64,000 bases of DNA. It comes from Chrysomallon squamiferum. Taxonomy: Eukaryota > Animalia > Mollusca. How positions within the stretch are numbered: the first letter of the stretch is position 1; every line of letters starts with the position of its first letter. The stretch is from the NCBI GenBank assembly GCA_012295275.1, contig CM022671.1, positions 19,964,001 to 20,028,000 of the forward strand, given 5' to 3'. Below the pieces are notes generated by a model. It saw only the letters and a list, made by a program, of their open reading frames with translations. It searched no databases and had not been told where the DNA came from. The translations under genes were made by a program, and so were the position numbers. Shown piece by piece: positions 36,801-51,500 of this stretch.

Positions 36801-39496
36801 ACTGACTCTTGTTATGATTATCCAACACATAATATTAAAAAAATAATAATTTCAATAAATATTTGGCTGATAAGAAAGAGAAAATGAAATAAACTGTAAA
36901 TCTCCCAGTCTAACAGTGACTAATGGAGCAAGCTTCAAGTTACATTTATTTCTTTTTTGCCAGATGCTTATTTTGCACCCAGGAATAAATAAGCAAATAT
37001 TTATATGCACTATTTAAGTAAAACTCAGTTACCTTGCAGAACAATGTTGATAACATCTGACATGTTGTTAGGAAAGTTATTTTGAACAAAACTCCGAAAA
37101 TGTCCACAGTAGAGCTAAAAGATAAAGTATATTTGATATCTAACTGTGAAAAATAAAATGTGACAAAGTGTTGTTGTGAACTAACTATATAAGCAATGAA
37201 CATATTAAAATGAGTGTTTTAACAGGCTGACATTTTATCCTCTGCAGTGTCATTTATAATATTACTTAAGGGACATTTTGAAATGATCTAAGCAGTAGGT
37301 AATAACTTGGGCCAAAAGCAAGAGTGAACTATTGTGACAAGTCGGTAATAACTTACATCAAAGACAAGTTTTGATTCTTTTACTGGCTCTGCTCCACAAG
37401 CCATTAAAGCAGAACCAAGGATATCTATAAATCGTTTCCTGTCAACTTGAGGTGGCTTTACTTCTTCCAGCCAAGACCAAACATCAAACTACAGTTAAAA
37501 AAATGAACAGTAACAAAATGATTAAAAAGCTTTTTTTTTATCATTAAAGCTAAGAGTTCTTAAAATGCCAGTGATATCCAAATTTCTTACAAAACATATA
37601 CAACAATATACTGTAGGATGGAAATAATACTTCATTCATAATATACATTTGTCATGACTATAAGTAAAGAAAAAGAAACAGTATTAATCATATTTGTATT
37701 TCTCTAACTTCTACACAAACAAAAATATAAAATATATAATAATAATATATTTCATAGTTCTAAGCAACTGTATTTCCTGTACTAAAAAAAAAAAAAAAAA
37801 AATAATAATAAAATCATTTGTAATTCTAAAGAAAATGAAACCTAATTCTAAAAAAAGCACAAACATGGTGACAACTGTATTTCCTTAACAGATCTACACT
37901 AAACAAAAATTTTAAATAACTAACATGATGATAAAATCACTTCTAACGCTAATCAAAAATAAAAACTTTTAACCTTTGTGAGCAGCATAAAGACCAAGTC
38001 CATGTTCTGTTGTTGGAGTATGTGTATGAGCTGTTCATACATGTCCACAAAGTGTCTGGTGCTGTTTTTAGGTACAAAGTGTGGAGAGATGAGGCCAGAC
38101 AAAGAGGGCTGCTCCAGACATGTCTGTAATACCATGCGAGTCTGCAGAGGATCTCGAGACACAAATTCCTGTAAATATAAACCATGTCTTACAGAATTAA
38201 AAAAAAATAAAGTTAAATAATAATAAAATTAAATGTATGAATACTTTTCAGACAGTGTGAATTAGAATGATCAGACTTTTTCAGATTTAATGTCTGCCCC
38301 ACAACTGATTTATGAAAATCTGAGAAATATACAAGATCTGTTGCTGCCTTTACAAATAAGAAGGCTGTATTTTTATATATATGTGAACTGAACACTAATT
38401 TTTGGTGGAATGTATGAAATTTTAATTGTGAAGGATATGTGAATATGTCAATTGTCAGATAAAGAAAAAAAAAGAAAAATGAAATTTTAACCTGGCCCAG
38501 TATTTCAATACAGGAGGTAAAGAACTGCTTTGTTGGAGGGTAGAAGTTGATCTCTTCATTCACCATAGAGGCTAGATGGAAGAAAAGTGTTCCTGCAGTG
38601 TCAAACAAAGCAGCTCTCAGTTCTTCATCTGTGCTACACTGACTCAGTTTGATCAGCATTCTAGAAATATAACAAAATTTCTTGTTTTAGGAGGCTGTTC
38701 CCTTTCTGGAGTGTCAACAGGTAGCCACTGGTGATTGTGATAGAAAGTATAAGGTCTGGTGTGGTGAATTTGAGTGTGTGGGTGTACAATAATGTTCTAC
38801 ATAATAACTGTAAAGATAATGATAGGATGGTAATAATTTAAAAGATTTGATAATATTTAGAAATATGTACGTGATTGCATTTTCCACGTGGACTGCTGCA
38901 ATGCAGACATTCTGTGGTGGAGGCAGTAAACCTTCAATCATGACCTGCTTGTACTCAGCACGGTTCTCATCTATTTTCCTCTGTGTGATGTCATTCCTCT
39001 GTTTCTCACTAACCTAAAACAGCAGACTCAATGAATATCATGTACAGTGCTTGTTTTGGGGTTTTCAAAGCATTTTTAATAAAATAAAGATATTTCACTA
39101 ACATTCAGCATTTATATCTAGTTTTTACATATAACCAAATTACATCAAATACCATTTTTCTAAATAAAAGCTTGTTACTTTATAAAAAACTATAGATATA
39201 TAAAATATATTTGATTAAAATAAATTCTGTAACCATAATGTTTTTTAAATTTTCAAACAATGATTGAAGTAACTTATGTGTAAGACAGAATATTACATAC
39301 TCTGACATTTGTGACAGCAGGATTGGAACATCGATGAAGAGGATTCACTTTGCTTTTACATTCAATTGTCACAGTTACCTGTGGAAGCAAAAAACAAACT
39401 AACCAAGTTAATTTCATTGTTAAAGCTGAGGAAAGCTGAACACACAAACACACACACACATAATAATAATACATATACGTACATCCATCTATCCAT

Positions 39497-39542
<46 letters not shown>

Positions 39543-42500
39543 CTATCTATCCATCCATATATATATATATACACACATACATATCCATCCATCTATCTAA
39601 ATATATAAACTATTACAGATGGACAGAAGCAGATACGTCACATCTATTTAGATCCTGCTTACATTAATCTGTAAGAATACAGGGATTTGATTGGCTTATT
39701 TTTCTAAATTAAATAATTACCAACATTAGGTCTTTGTGACACAAATATACTGTACATGGGTATTCTTGGACACATAGATGTTTTGATTTATGTATGATTT
39801 TGCAAGATGATCCACTATACCAGATCTATTAGGCCAAATGTGTTGTGCAATAATGAAGGTTTTGAACATACTATTTTTTTTCACATAAAGTGTGATAAAC
39901 TGCTATTATCAAAGCACAGATTAACATACTAATTCATTCACCAAAACATTAAACATTAAAAAATACTAAATATTTACTAACCTCTTTCCAAACATTAGAA
40001 TACAGATCTGGAAGAAGGTCAAGGAAAGCTTCATCAACTGCACAGTGATGGGCAGTACGAGTACCAAATATTCTGAAAAGAACAAAAGAGAAAAGGTTCA
40101 CAGTCCTGATTATAAGAATATAATTTAGGGTCATTTTAAGACACTGTAATCTTTCTGTTATGGGAAAATAACTGAGAAATGAATTTTGAATGTTTATTGT
40201 TCAAGAGGGCTGGTATACCTTTAATAATGTTAGATAAGCAAAATTTCAGGCATTTGCAAGAAAGAGTTCTCATTACAACTAAGCTAATACTAAATGACAA
40301 TTAACAAGCCAACTAAACAAAAGTAATTGATTGAGTGAAAACATATCTTACTGACAGAGAAGCAAAACATTAATTTATAATATACAAGACTCTTTCCAAT
40401 ACATTTAGGAACTCGATTACACAACAATTTCAACAATCAAAGACAGTAGAATTATCAAAAATATATTTTTTATAAAAGTAATTACTTGGTATAATCCCTG
40501 AGAACTATCAAGTCAGATTTGATCAGATGTAGTAATGACGCTTTTTCTCTGACGATGGACATGCTGATTTCAGGTACAGCAGCTGTCAGAGTGCTTAGTT
40601 GTGGTGGATCTTCTACAGATTCTGTATTTCTTAATCTTCGAATGATTCTGTCTGCAGCTTGAAAACAAAGAAGACAATTTTCACCTCAACATTACAAGGC
40701 AAATAGCACATCATCTGGCTCTGAATCATACAGACATTAAAAAATAAAAAGCCACTAAAATATTAAAATCTTAAGGAACAGAATATAATATCATTATCTG
40801 ATATATATTTTCTGATGACATTCATTTTATATTTATAAATGTTCTGATATGCAATTTGTTACTATCTGGAATAAAATCATGTTATTAAAATATGTATTAT
40901 GGTTCTTCTAACCATCTGAAATTTGGTTTTAAAATTTTTATCACTTGCTTTTTCTAATAGCTATTATTAGAACATTGTTCTTAAATTTTTTACCATTAAT
41001 AAATTGCTGTTAAACCTTTTACCACTATTAATATGCAGTTACAACTACCACTATTGGTAACTTGCTTTCAAAACACTTAATGTTGTTAATTTTTTGGACA
41101 AAATTCTTATCAGCTGTGGTCATTTATTCTTAAATTTCTCACCACAGCAGATTTTGTTTATCACTTACCACAAGCAACCTGTTCTATATCCTCTTGCAGA
41201 CATTTTGGATCTGGAGTGTATGAGCAGGTAATAATTTTTCTCCAGTCTTCAGCACCCAGACTCAGCAAATACTGCACACCCTCTAGGTCAACCAAATCAA
41301 GCCATGGATCCTAATAAATATGATAAAAAATAAATAAATAATAAATAAATAAATAAATTAAAAAAAATAAATAAATAAAAAATAAAAAAACAATAAAGAA
41401 ATTATTACCATACACCCATTCTTATTATTTTTGAGAATATTCTTTTATTAAACTTTAATTTTCAGTTTCTAATCAGAAGAGTAATTTAATAAATAATTTC
41501 TCTGAATATGAACATTTATATATTTTCAGAAAAATTAATAACTCTTTTTTTTTTCTGAACTTAATGAAATAAAATTTGTAATATGTACAATAGCAAAAAG
41601 GATTATAATGCTATCACATTTATGACAATGGTGACTTAATACTTGACATAAAAATTCAGTCAATAAAAGAAGTGAGAAACTCTGATTTAGCTTTCCTGAT
41701 ATAAACACATTAATAATATATGTAAAAATAGGAAGTAGTTATAGTTACCATCTGCATCTGAAAGACTTGAAGTAAGCGGGCTGACTCATACTGTGGTGGA
41801 AGTGCAGGCAGGTACAGATTAGCATCATGCAATCTGGGTTCATCCAACCACAAGACAAATGTCTGGTACAATCTGAAATATATATATATATATATATCTA
41901 TACAAAATTTTAAAAAGTCAGTCATTAATTTCATCTCTTTATAATGGTTTGCAAAATTATTTTTCAGAATGTAATGTAATTCACAAACACTGGAATGCTT
42001 ATTACATAATGAACTAACAATGAAAATACTGCTAAGTATTACCTTAATGATTTAACTTTATTGAAAATTTTGTTATTTAAATTTCATCAAACATTTAGTA
42101 ATAATTAAGTAAGCCCAAATAAGTGAAAAGATACAGAATTCATATATGTTTCTATAATATTTTATCCATGTTCAACCTATTTTGTAAAGAGTAGATAAAT
42201 ATTAAATTACACATTAATTAAGATGTAAACTAACCTAGCAAGTTTCTCATGTAGTTCTTTTGAACTTGCATATTTACTCTCATCCTCACTGTCTGATGCA
42301 CTGGGATCTTCAGGGGGTTTGTAATTCAGATGAAAGTCAGAAGCTTCAGCTAATCTTTTCTTCATTTTCTTCAGCATGGAAGAGTAGCTCATACTCTCAA
42401 AGAATCGTTCACCTATACTAGCTCTTTGTGGCAAACTTCAAACAGCAAAAAAAAAAAAAAAAAAAAGGAAAAAGAGAAAGAAATAAAGAAATAAAAGAAG

Positions 42501-45500
42501 AATAATGAATATAATATCACAACTTTTAATGATATCTGTATTAAAAATTGTAAATTAAATAAATTTAATAAAGATGATGCTAAAAGAAATAATTAAAATG
42601 TACATAAATTATAAAACCAAGCTTCAAATAAAAAAATTAAATCTGAAACAAACAAAAACAAGTGAAATAAAAAAGGTAGATAATCAATGTGGTTAGCAAT
42701 ATAAATTATACAACCCTCCAATAATAAAAAAATAAAAAACCCCAGAAAGATACTTCAAATATAATTAAGTATTATGAATTGATGAACTGATGATTTTATA
42801 CCAATGAAGAAATCTTGCAAATTTAAACACTGTTTAACCTATCAATATTTTTATAGTTGTATATCCTTTTTATACTGTTATAACTTTATACTTATAGACT
42901 ACATTATTATAGTCAGAACAAGATAAATTATCTGTAAAGAGGAGACAATACCTGGATTCTGTAACAAGTCTCGACAGATAGAGGTTAAAGAATCTCTGAT
43001 AGAGAACTGGTAACAATGGGTGACTAACAGGAGCATCGATGGCCTGCTGTGCCCACCTGTAGATGTTCAGCCGCTGGAATGCAGGTGCTTGTTCCAGTTT
43101 CATTTTTGCTATTGTCTGCTGCAATTTTAAATAACATTTTTTTTTTCAATACGAAATACTGATATTCATTTCACTGCTAGTGAAGTTATAGACTGTTAAC
43201 AATCAGGAATTTCTCTATATTTGTGTATGTAATTTACAGAAAAATTGTTACTCTTTATTTTAGTCATAATATTAGATCAGATTACATGTAAGTTTAACTC
43301 TTTGGATTCCATGTCATCATTTTATACCCAACTGATATTGCATTTGGCAATGCCAAAAAATTCAATTATTAAAAAATCAGCTTATTATGCTTTTAGGCCA
43401 TGTGTACTAGCCATCTGTATAGAGTGTTGATTGTCTAATTGTTCAGTATTTGTGTTAATTTAAATATGACAGGAGTCTAACGGGTTAAAATGTCAAATCA
43501 TATATAATCAGGATGACTTAACATACACGATGTGCATGATCAGCTGAAACTTTTGGGTTATTGTGCATCTCTAGTTGAATATTCATCCAGAGTTTAGAGC
43601 ACACTTCTGATGTTCCTTCAGTGTGCAGTATCATGTAGGCCAGCCAGGTAAACTCAGGCATCGATGCCCTCTCCATCAGTGAAGGCATTGTCACACCAGA
43701 TGCAATCCATGAAACCACTGATGACACAACTCCACGGCTCTTTTCACCTCTCAACAATGTCTGTGAATAATTAATTAACTTCTTCTTATATTTTGTCCCA
43801 TTATCATATTACTGTTACTTCATATAATCATGCTATTAAGGAAAGATCATAAGTAACATTTCAAATGTTTTTAGAAAACCAGTGAACAGACTGTTTAAGA
43901 ATTCATGAAATATTTATTATGAGATTGTGGGTATACTAATAACCAAATGATATGAGGAATTATATGGTGCTGTAAAAGAATAAGAAAGATTAGTATTATT
44001 TGTATCCATTTCTTAACAAGACATGTATTTTTAAATTATAACAAAACAACAGCTGAACTGTAATATTTGTAATTTATTATAAATTTTAAAAATATGAATT
44101 CTTCACATATAAAAATAAATATTTTCACAGATTTCTTCCTTTAACAAATACCAGATTTTTTTTTTTTTAAATCTCAAATATTCTTTTTTTTATAAATTTC
44201 ATTCTACACTGATCAATAAATAACTTTAACATGTGAACCAATGCATTATTTCTACATTTATCATAAAGTGAATTGCATTTGTAATAAATACCTGGAAACT
44301 TTTACTAAAGATTTCTTCAATCTCAATGTAGGTTCCTTTCAAAGTGAATGTACATCTAATCAGACTGTCCACAACAAAGCAATAATTTCTACAATATAAA
44401 TAATCTATTAACAATCCTCTCAGAAAACCACTGGATACTAAATTTACAAACATTGATAAATAGAAATGCATTTTATTATTATTCAGGCAGTATCAGGACC
44501 ATGTAAAAGATTTAGTTTACTTATATTTTAGATATAGGTATTTTAATAAATCATGTTTTTGGGAGGAATTCAGGTTTAGAGATTTTATAGAAAACACTAA
44601 TATATTTATAGAATCTACCCTATATACTTCATAGGGATGAAAAAATAATAATTCTATTGTTTTTACAAATATAACAAGTTATCTGCTGCTCACCGATCAG
44701 TGGTTGCTTTAGGTGACTTCAGAAGAACACTTAGCCAAAAGACAATAATAGAGGCTGCTGTTCCATCTGATAGATGCTGGAAGATCTCACACTGTAAATA
44801 AATAAATAAGTAATTATGTAAGTAAATAAATAAGTAAAATAACAAACAATTAAACAAACAAACATTTAAATATCTGCATAAATAAATTAATAAATACTGT
44901 CATAAATAGATCATAAAGGATGAAACAATCATTAAAATACAAATTATATACATTTTTACAAAAAAGGTCCATGCACTAATTTTACTTTCTTATTTCTAAT
45001 CTTCAAAAATTGGTTGGTAAAAATTGTAGTAAAAATTGGATAAACATTTAAAATATCCTGTAAGTTATCAACTGACTTGAATCATGTCTGTCATCTGCTT
45101 TGTTATGGCTCCAGGAAAATCGTAACTCAGTACAGATTTGGCTAACTTGAACAGTGATTCATCTGCTGAAAGAATTGTCTGTAGAACTTTCTGGAAGCTA
45201 AAAATTTATGTTGTGAAAAAAAAAAATTATATATATATGTATATATGTATATGTATATATATATATAAACAATGTAGCATAAATTCTGTTTTAAAATATA
45301 AAAAGTATTCTTCAAGAAAGGAGGAAACAAAACCAGTAAAGACATTTCTTCTTCAATATGTACTTCCTAAAAGGAGTAACTTTCAGTTACTATTAAGATT
45401 CTCAGTAAAAATATGTTATTAAAGAGTGTTTAATTATCTGTTGTCTGTAAATACTCACCCCTCACTTTGTAGAAAATACTCTGACTTCTGATAGAAGTAA

Positions 45501-48500
45501 GGCACCAAACAACTGATGACATGAATGCTTGCAGTAAACTGGTTGCATGCTAGCAAGTTTAGAAGGTGATCCATACCTTCTGTAGCAACACATGTAATAC
45601 TGAAAAAAGGGGAAAAAAAAGAAACATTTCAAAAATATTTTTTTCCATTCCATAAAATCATGTTTTCTTAAATAACTCTATTTTTCGAATATTTCTCTGT
45701 AATACTTTAATGCTTAGTTTAGTTTCTATATTTCTTCATTCAATAAATTTTAAAGTATGTTTGCAAATGAAATTTAAATAAATGAGAATGTTTTTCTAAT
45801 GTTTTTTCAGTTCTCAGAAATACCACCAAAGATTGTTTTAGTTTATTTCATCACTGCCTTTTTTTTTCATTAAAAACTAAATTATTTTTTATATTCTGCA
45901 CATCTTTTCTTAAACTGGTTTCTTTTAACTAAAAGATTTTGAAATTACAATTATTAAAATTAGTATTCTCATTTACATGCGATTAACATTAATTAACATT
46001 ACACACATGCAATATAGTCAATATGTTTAAAACATACTCATGTCCTATATTTGTCATCACCAGAGCTATATAGCAAGCCATTGGATTCTTCTGTGACACT
46101 CCTATGACAAGAGGCATCAGCCAGTTATCTTTGGTCATGTCTGGAGGGACACATTCATCAGTAAATCTGTATGTATTTGACACAGTGGACTGCATGTGCA
46201 GTTTCAACTTCAGAACCAAATCCCAAGACCAGTTGTTGAAAAGTTGCTCATTGGTTTGGTTCTGCCTCACTACTGAAGCCATCTGCAATTAAAAAATAAA
46301 AGAGACTGAAATTCATGTAGTACAAATAATCTAGACATTTTCTGATCAGTTTTGGTATGTATAGGTGTGTGTTTGTACATATTTATAAAACTTTGTACGT
46401 ATTTATGTATGTATGTATGTATGTATGAATGCATGTATGCATATACATCTGTTTGCCTATCTACCTATCATCAATAGATAGACTAATATATAAAAGCAAT
46501 AACATTTGGACTAAATTTATTCAGAGAAAAATGTATCAGTCAATCTGTAATTAATATCTACATAAAGATTTAGTTCTTGAATATATAAAAAATACATTGG
46601 CTATTACTTGGAATGTTGAAAACAAATACAATTCATTATAATATCTGGACTACATAATGAATATAAATGACAATGACAGAAAAGAAATGTAACTTTCAAT
46701 TAATATACAAACCTGGCGAATTCCCTCACCAATGACAGAACTCATGTTGCGGTTTGAAATAAACTTGTTGTAGGCTTCAGCTATCAGAAGAGCAACCTGC
46801 CGATGTAGTCTAATTGACAGCACTGGTTTACCTGTCTGAAAACATAAAGTACTTTTTAAAATAATATATACATATATATATAAAAAAACTGAAGGCACTA
46901 TAATTATTAGATGTTTATCTTAGAACTGTGTCATCATTGCTTTTCTAAACTTGACGCTAATTTTTCCTGAATTCCTCTCAATCTGAACAATTTGAAATTT
47001 GCATGATCTTTTTACTTGAATAATTTCAATATGTATGAGATTCATATGCAGTAATGTAAATATAATTTTCACCATTGGACACAGTTAAATGAGACAACTG
47101 ATACAGCACAACAGTTTCAGTTTATTAAAAAATAAGAGTAATAGGAATTAATCATTTTCTCTAAATATCATGTGATCCTTATACAGATATATAAAATAAC
47201 AAATGTACCTGTTCACTGATGTTCCAGTTCATGTGACTAAGAACATTGCGAGCAAGCTGGTTTTCAGCTTGAGATATGTCATTTGTTAACAGCCACTGTC
47301 TTAATGTGACCATATCATCATCTGAGGGCATCCACTTCTGAACAGGCAGATCTTGAAATAGGTACAATGACATCTACAAGGGAAAAATATTTTAAAATGT
47401 AAAAAGGAGAGGAAAAAAGGTATATTTTGGAAAATAAATCAAGCAAACAAACAAACAAACAAAAAACAACCAGATACAAACAAAACCCCTAAAACAGGTA
47501 GTTATTGAAAATCAATGTGTTATACTGAAATCAGAAGAGGAGATGATTGAAGTACAATAATGTTCAGTATCTAAATTTGTTTTGAATATGTTAAATATTA
47601 TAAATTTATTAAAGCATATTTACAAAGAAACAAAAAAAAAGAAAGAAAGAAGAAAAAACTGAAATATATATATATAAATCAATAAATAAATTTTAAAGTA
47701 CTAACCATTCCTACTTGAGGCATAACTTCTTTTACTCTTTGTAGAAGCAGTGACAAAATGAATGGGTGCTTGATCATTATAGAATGCAACAACTCACGAC
47801 CAACTTTGGAACAAAATTCTCTTGTATGATTACATACATAGGATATCTGAAACAAACATTATATATAAAATATAACTACTAGTTCTAGCAGTAGATCTGA
47901 TTTCTGACCCAATAGAACTGCCTATTTATTGATAAGTCTTTTAATAAGAAACCCAGTTTTACCTCAAAGACACCAAAAGTAACAGTCTGAATGAATTCTC
48001 TCTCAGCATCACTGCGACACTGGGCCATGTTGGCAAATGTTGTTAACAGGTAGATTGTCTCACTGGTTTGTAGACTCATCAAATTATCTGCTAACTGCTG
48101 CCTGCTATCAGGATCTGCACAAAAGTAATAGAAAGTAATTATGTGTTGTTGTTTTTTAATTAATAAAAAAACCAGTGGAAGATGTTTTTGTTCATATAAT
48201 AAACTTAAGAAAACCTATGCTTAAAATTTAAAAAAAAAAAAAAAAAAAAAATGAAGCAAAATAAATAAATAAAAATTAGAAAAGACTGAGATGATTAAAA
48301 AATCCATATGCAGATCCATGAGGATTCTCAAATGAAACACATCCTTCCTATTTTTTTACAAGTACCAGTAATTTTTACCAATATAATAAAATTAATTTCA
48401 TCCTTAATTTTTCTCTGTAATTCTGATATCCAATCATTGGCCATACTGGCCTATCACTGACCTAGAATTTCAAAAATGGAAAAAAAAAAATAATAATAAT

Positions 48501-51500
48501 AAAAAATAAAACTTGCAAAATGAAATTTAAACAATTTTTAATTTGAATAATGTCCACACCTTTTAGATAGCCTCTACAGAAGTCTACTGATGGTAGATTA
48601 TCAAGGTCCAGAGAATGACCTTGACCTAAATGAAGAATGTAGAGTAACTGCCACATACTGTCTGAAGAAACACAGGTATAAGGCATGTCAGCCATGAACT
48701 GCCAGGACCCCAGTCTGTAAGAAAAAAGGAATCAAAATGTAGTCATGCCTTTCACATATAAATAAATAAATTTATGTTTCTCAAACATATTTTTTTCTTT
48801 TCCTTTCAGTTTGACAAAAATATTTAAATTTTTCTCATGGCTAAAAATTCATCACTTGTAAAATATGTGGGATGATTACAAATATCAAACTGTTAGTAAT
48901 AACTTTAAAAAAAAAAAAAAAAAATATCTGAATTATAAAATACTGTCATAGCAATAAACAAAAAATAACTATCTTCTTTTGGAAAATAAAAGTAGTCATA
49001 ATTTTATTTTTATTTCTCAAAGCAGCAAATATATACAGTGACCGAGATGATAAAGTAATCATATACAACAAAATAATAAAGACTTTCTGAAAAACAAGTG
49101 CAAAAACATAACTGAGTCCTTAGCCAAAAACAAATAACAGCCCAGAATGGAATGGTGACTATCATTTAATAATGTCGTAGCAGAATAAAAACACTTTGTA
49201 AAAATAAAACATTTATTTTTTGAAATATGAAATTTGTAAGCTTAATATTAAATGATGATTTAACTTTGCTATTGACTTTAGCTAATAGTACTTTCAAAAT
49301 AACAATAGCAATGTGCAAAAAAGAAAAACCAATTGAAAAAAGAAGAAAGAAATGAAATAAAGAACTGCAAACAAACACAAACTATGTAAGATCTACTCAC
49401 TGCCACACACCATCCTGAAATCTGAAAGATATCATTTTGTTCTGTTTAGAACAGCCTGACTTTTTATAAATTAACATAAGTTAGAAAGCAGTTATACTGT
49501 AAAGCCAAGCAGCTTCCTAGGATGTGGCCTTCTTTTCACATTATAGGTATTTTATAATACACGGTTGTTCATTCTTTTCTTTTTTTCACATGTATGTACA
49601 CTGTTACATGTTTGTTGAATAATTTCAGTCTTTTCCAAATCTCATATTATATATCTTTTATTTTTCAACTTTGGTAGGGAATAAAATTTTCCAGTGATGC
49701 AAGATTTTGAAAAAACATTTTATATTAAGTGCAAGAAATGACAAAACAAAAATACAGAATGTTTTGGGTTAAACAAAAATATAATGAGCAACAAAAGAAT
49801 GTTTTGTATTATATTATTCAAATGATATCACTAATTGAAAAATATGGAGCAAAACAATGCAGTCTGTCAACATGGTATTTTGAAGGTCTTTTATTGTAAA
49901 AAGGATTCACAAAAACAATGAGATTTATTTACAGTTTATTCTTGTTATAAAAAGTGTGAATAATACTGGACTTTGCTCAACAAAGGCCTCTTTGAATTAG
50001 TTTATTCAATGCTCCTAATGAAATATTAAACATGCAATGGCACTAACAAATAATTAATGAACTGAAAACAGAATTTACTTTTGTGCAGTGAGAATACATT
50101 CAGTAGCTCTCATAAAGAAATGGTCAAACTCAAGCTGAAGTTTATCCAGTGTGACTGGTGGTAACTTGTTAGTATTGTATGCCTTGAAGTTGAGCCAGTG
50201 ATCAGATACAAAAGATACAGTTTGTCTGAAAAATAAAGTACAGCATAAAAAAAAATATATTTATATGAGAATCTGAAAAATAAACCATGCTTTTTTTGTT
50301 TAATGATATATTTGCATATATAAATGAAAATTTTTCTGTTTAGTTCTAGGAGCAAAACATATTTATAATTCAGATTTTATTCATAAAGAATAATTTAATG
50401 TTGCCATTTCATATATGATCAACAACACCAGCAGAGTAACCATTCAAAATTAAATATTAAAACTTAAAAAAAAAAGAAGAAATTAATAAATACCTTATCA
50501 TTTTGCCAAGTCTCTTGTTGAGCTGGCGGTAACGAGCCATGTTGTATGTCTTTAAGCCACCACCAAGTATAGTAATCCAACAAGTGGCAAAAGCAAATAC
50601 TCGAATCATCACAGATTCTGTGGTAAACCCAATGTCATATTCAACATTTCCTAAACAAGATAAATAATATTTGATTAAAAACAGTTAGTTACAACAATAA
50701 ATAAATTTAAAAAAATTAAAATAAATAAATAAATAAATTTTAAAAAAATATAATAATAATAATACAAATAATGTTATAAAATCTATTCAAGGATATATTG
50801 ATTTATATTTAAATTTGTTTTGACTGTCAGATCACATGAAAAAACAATAACTATATATTTAAATATCCTTGTGGACAAACTGCAGGTAAGTGGGTTATAT
50901 GATATATAAAATGTGGAACCCCAAAACTGAAACTTATTCTAAAATACACCCACCAGAATAGTTAACTGATGCTCTGAGTAAGTGAGCAAATACCAATGTG
51001 ACAGGAAACTGCTGGAGTATTGAAACAATGTCATTTTCATGAAGATAAAGCCAAATATTGCTAGGATCTTCATCCTAAAATAAATGAAATATTTGTCATT
51101 CATTTTTAATATTTTTCATTTTTTTCAGTAACTGATAAAATCAAAAAGTCAGAGAAACTGACAGAAACAGAGATAATGACAGAGGAAGAAAGAGTGAATA
51201 AAATAAAAGACAGCAAAACAAAAAGAAAACAAATATCTAAAATGAAAAAATAATTATTCACTTAACATTGTATATTAATAATCAAAGATAGATAATACTA
51301 GACAGCACCTTCTGTTAGCAAAATGACCATCGAAAAAATACCAAATAAAAACCTTTCTGTTTCTGATATGTAAAAAGTACTGTAAACAAATCTAAATTAA
51401 GTCCATGCTCATATTTTCTAAAACTACTGTTATGAATTAAAACAATCAGAACAATATAAAGAGATCTGTTAATTGCTGAAGACAATAGTAGTTATTAATG

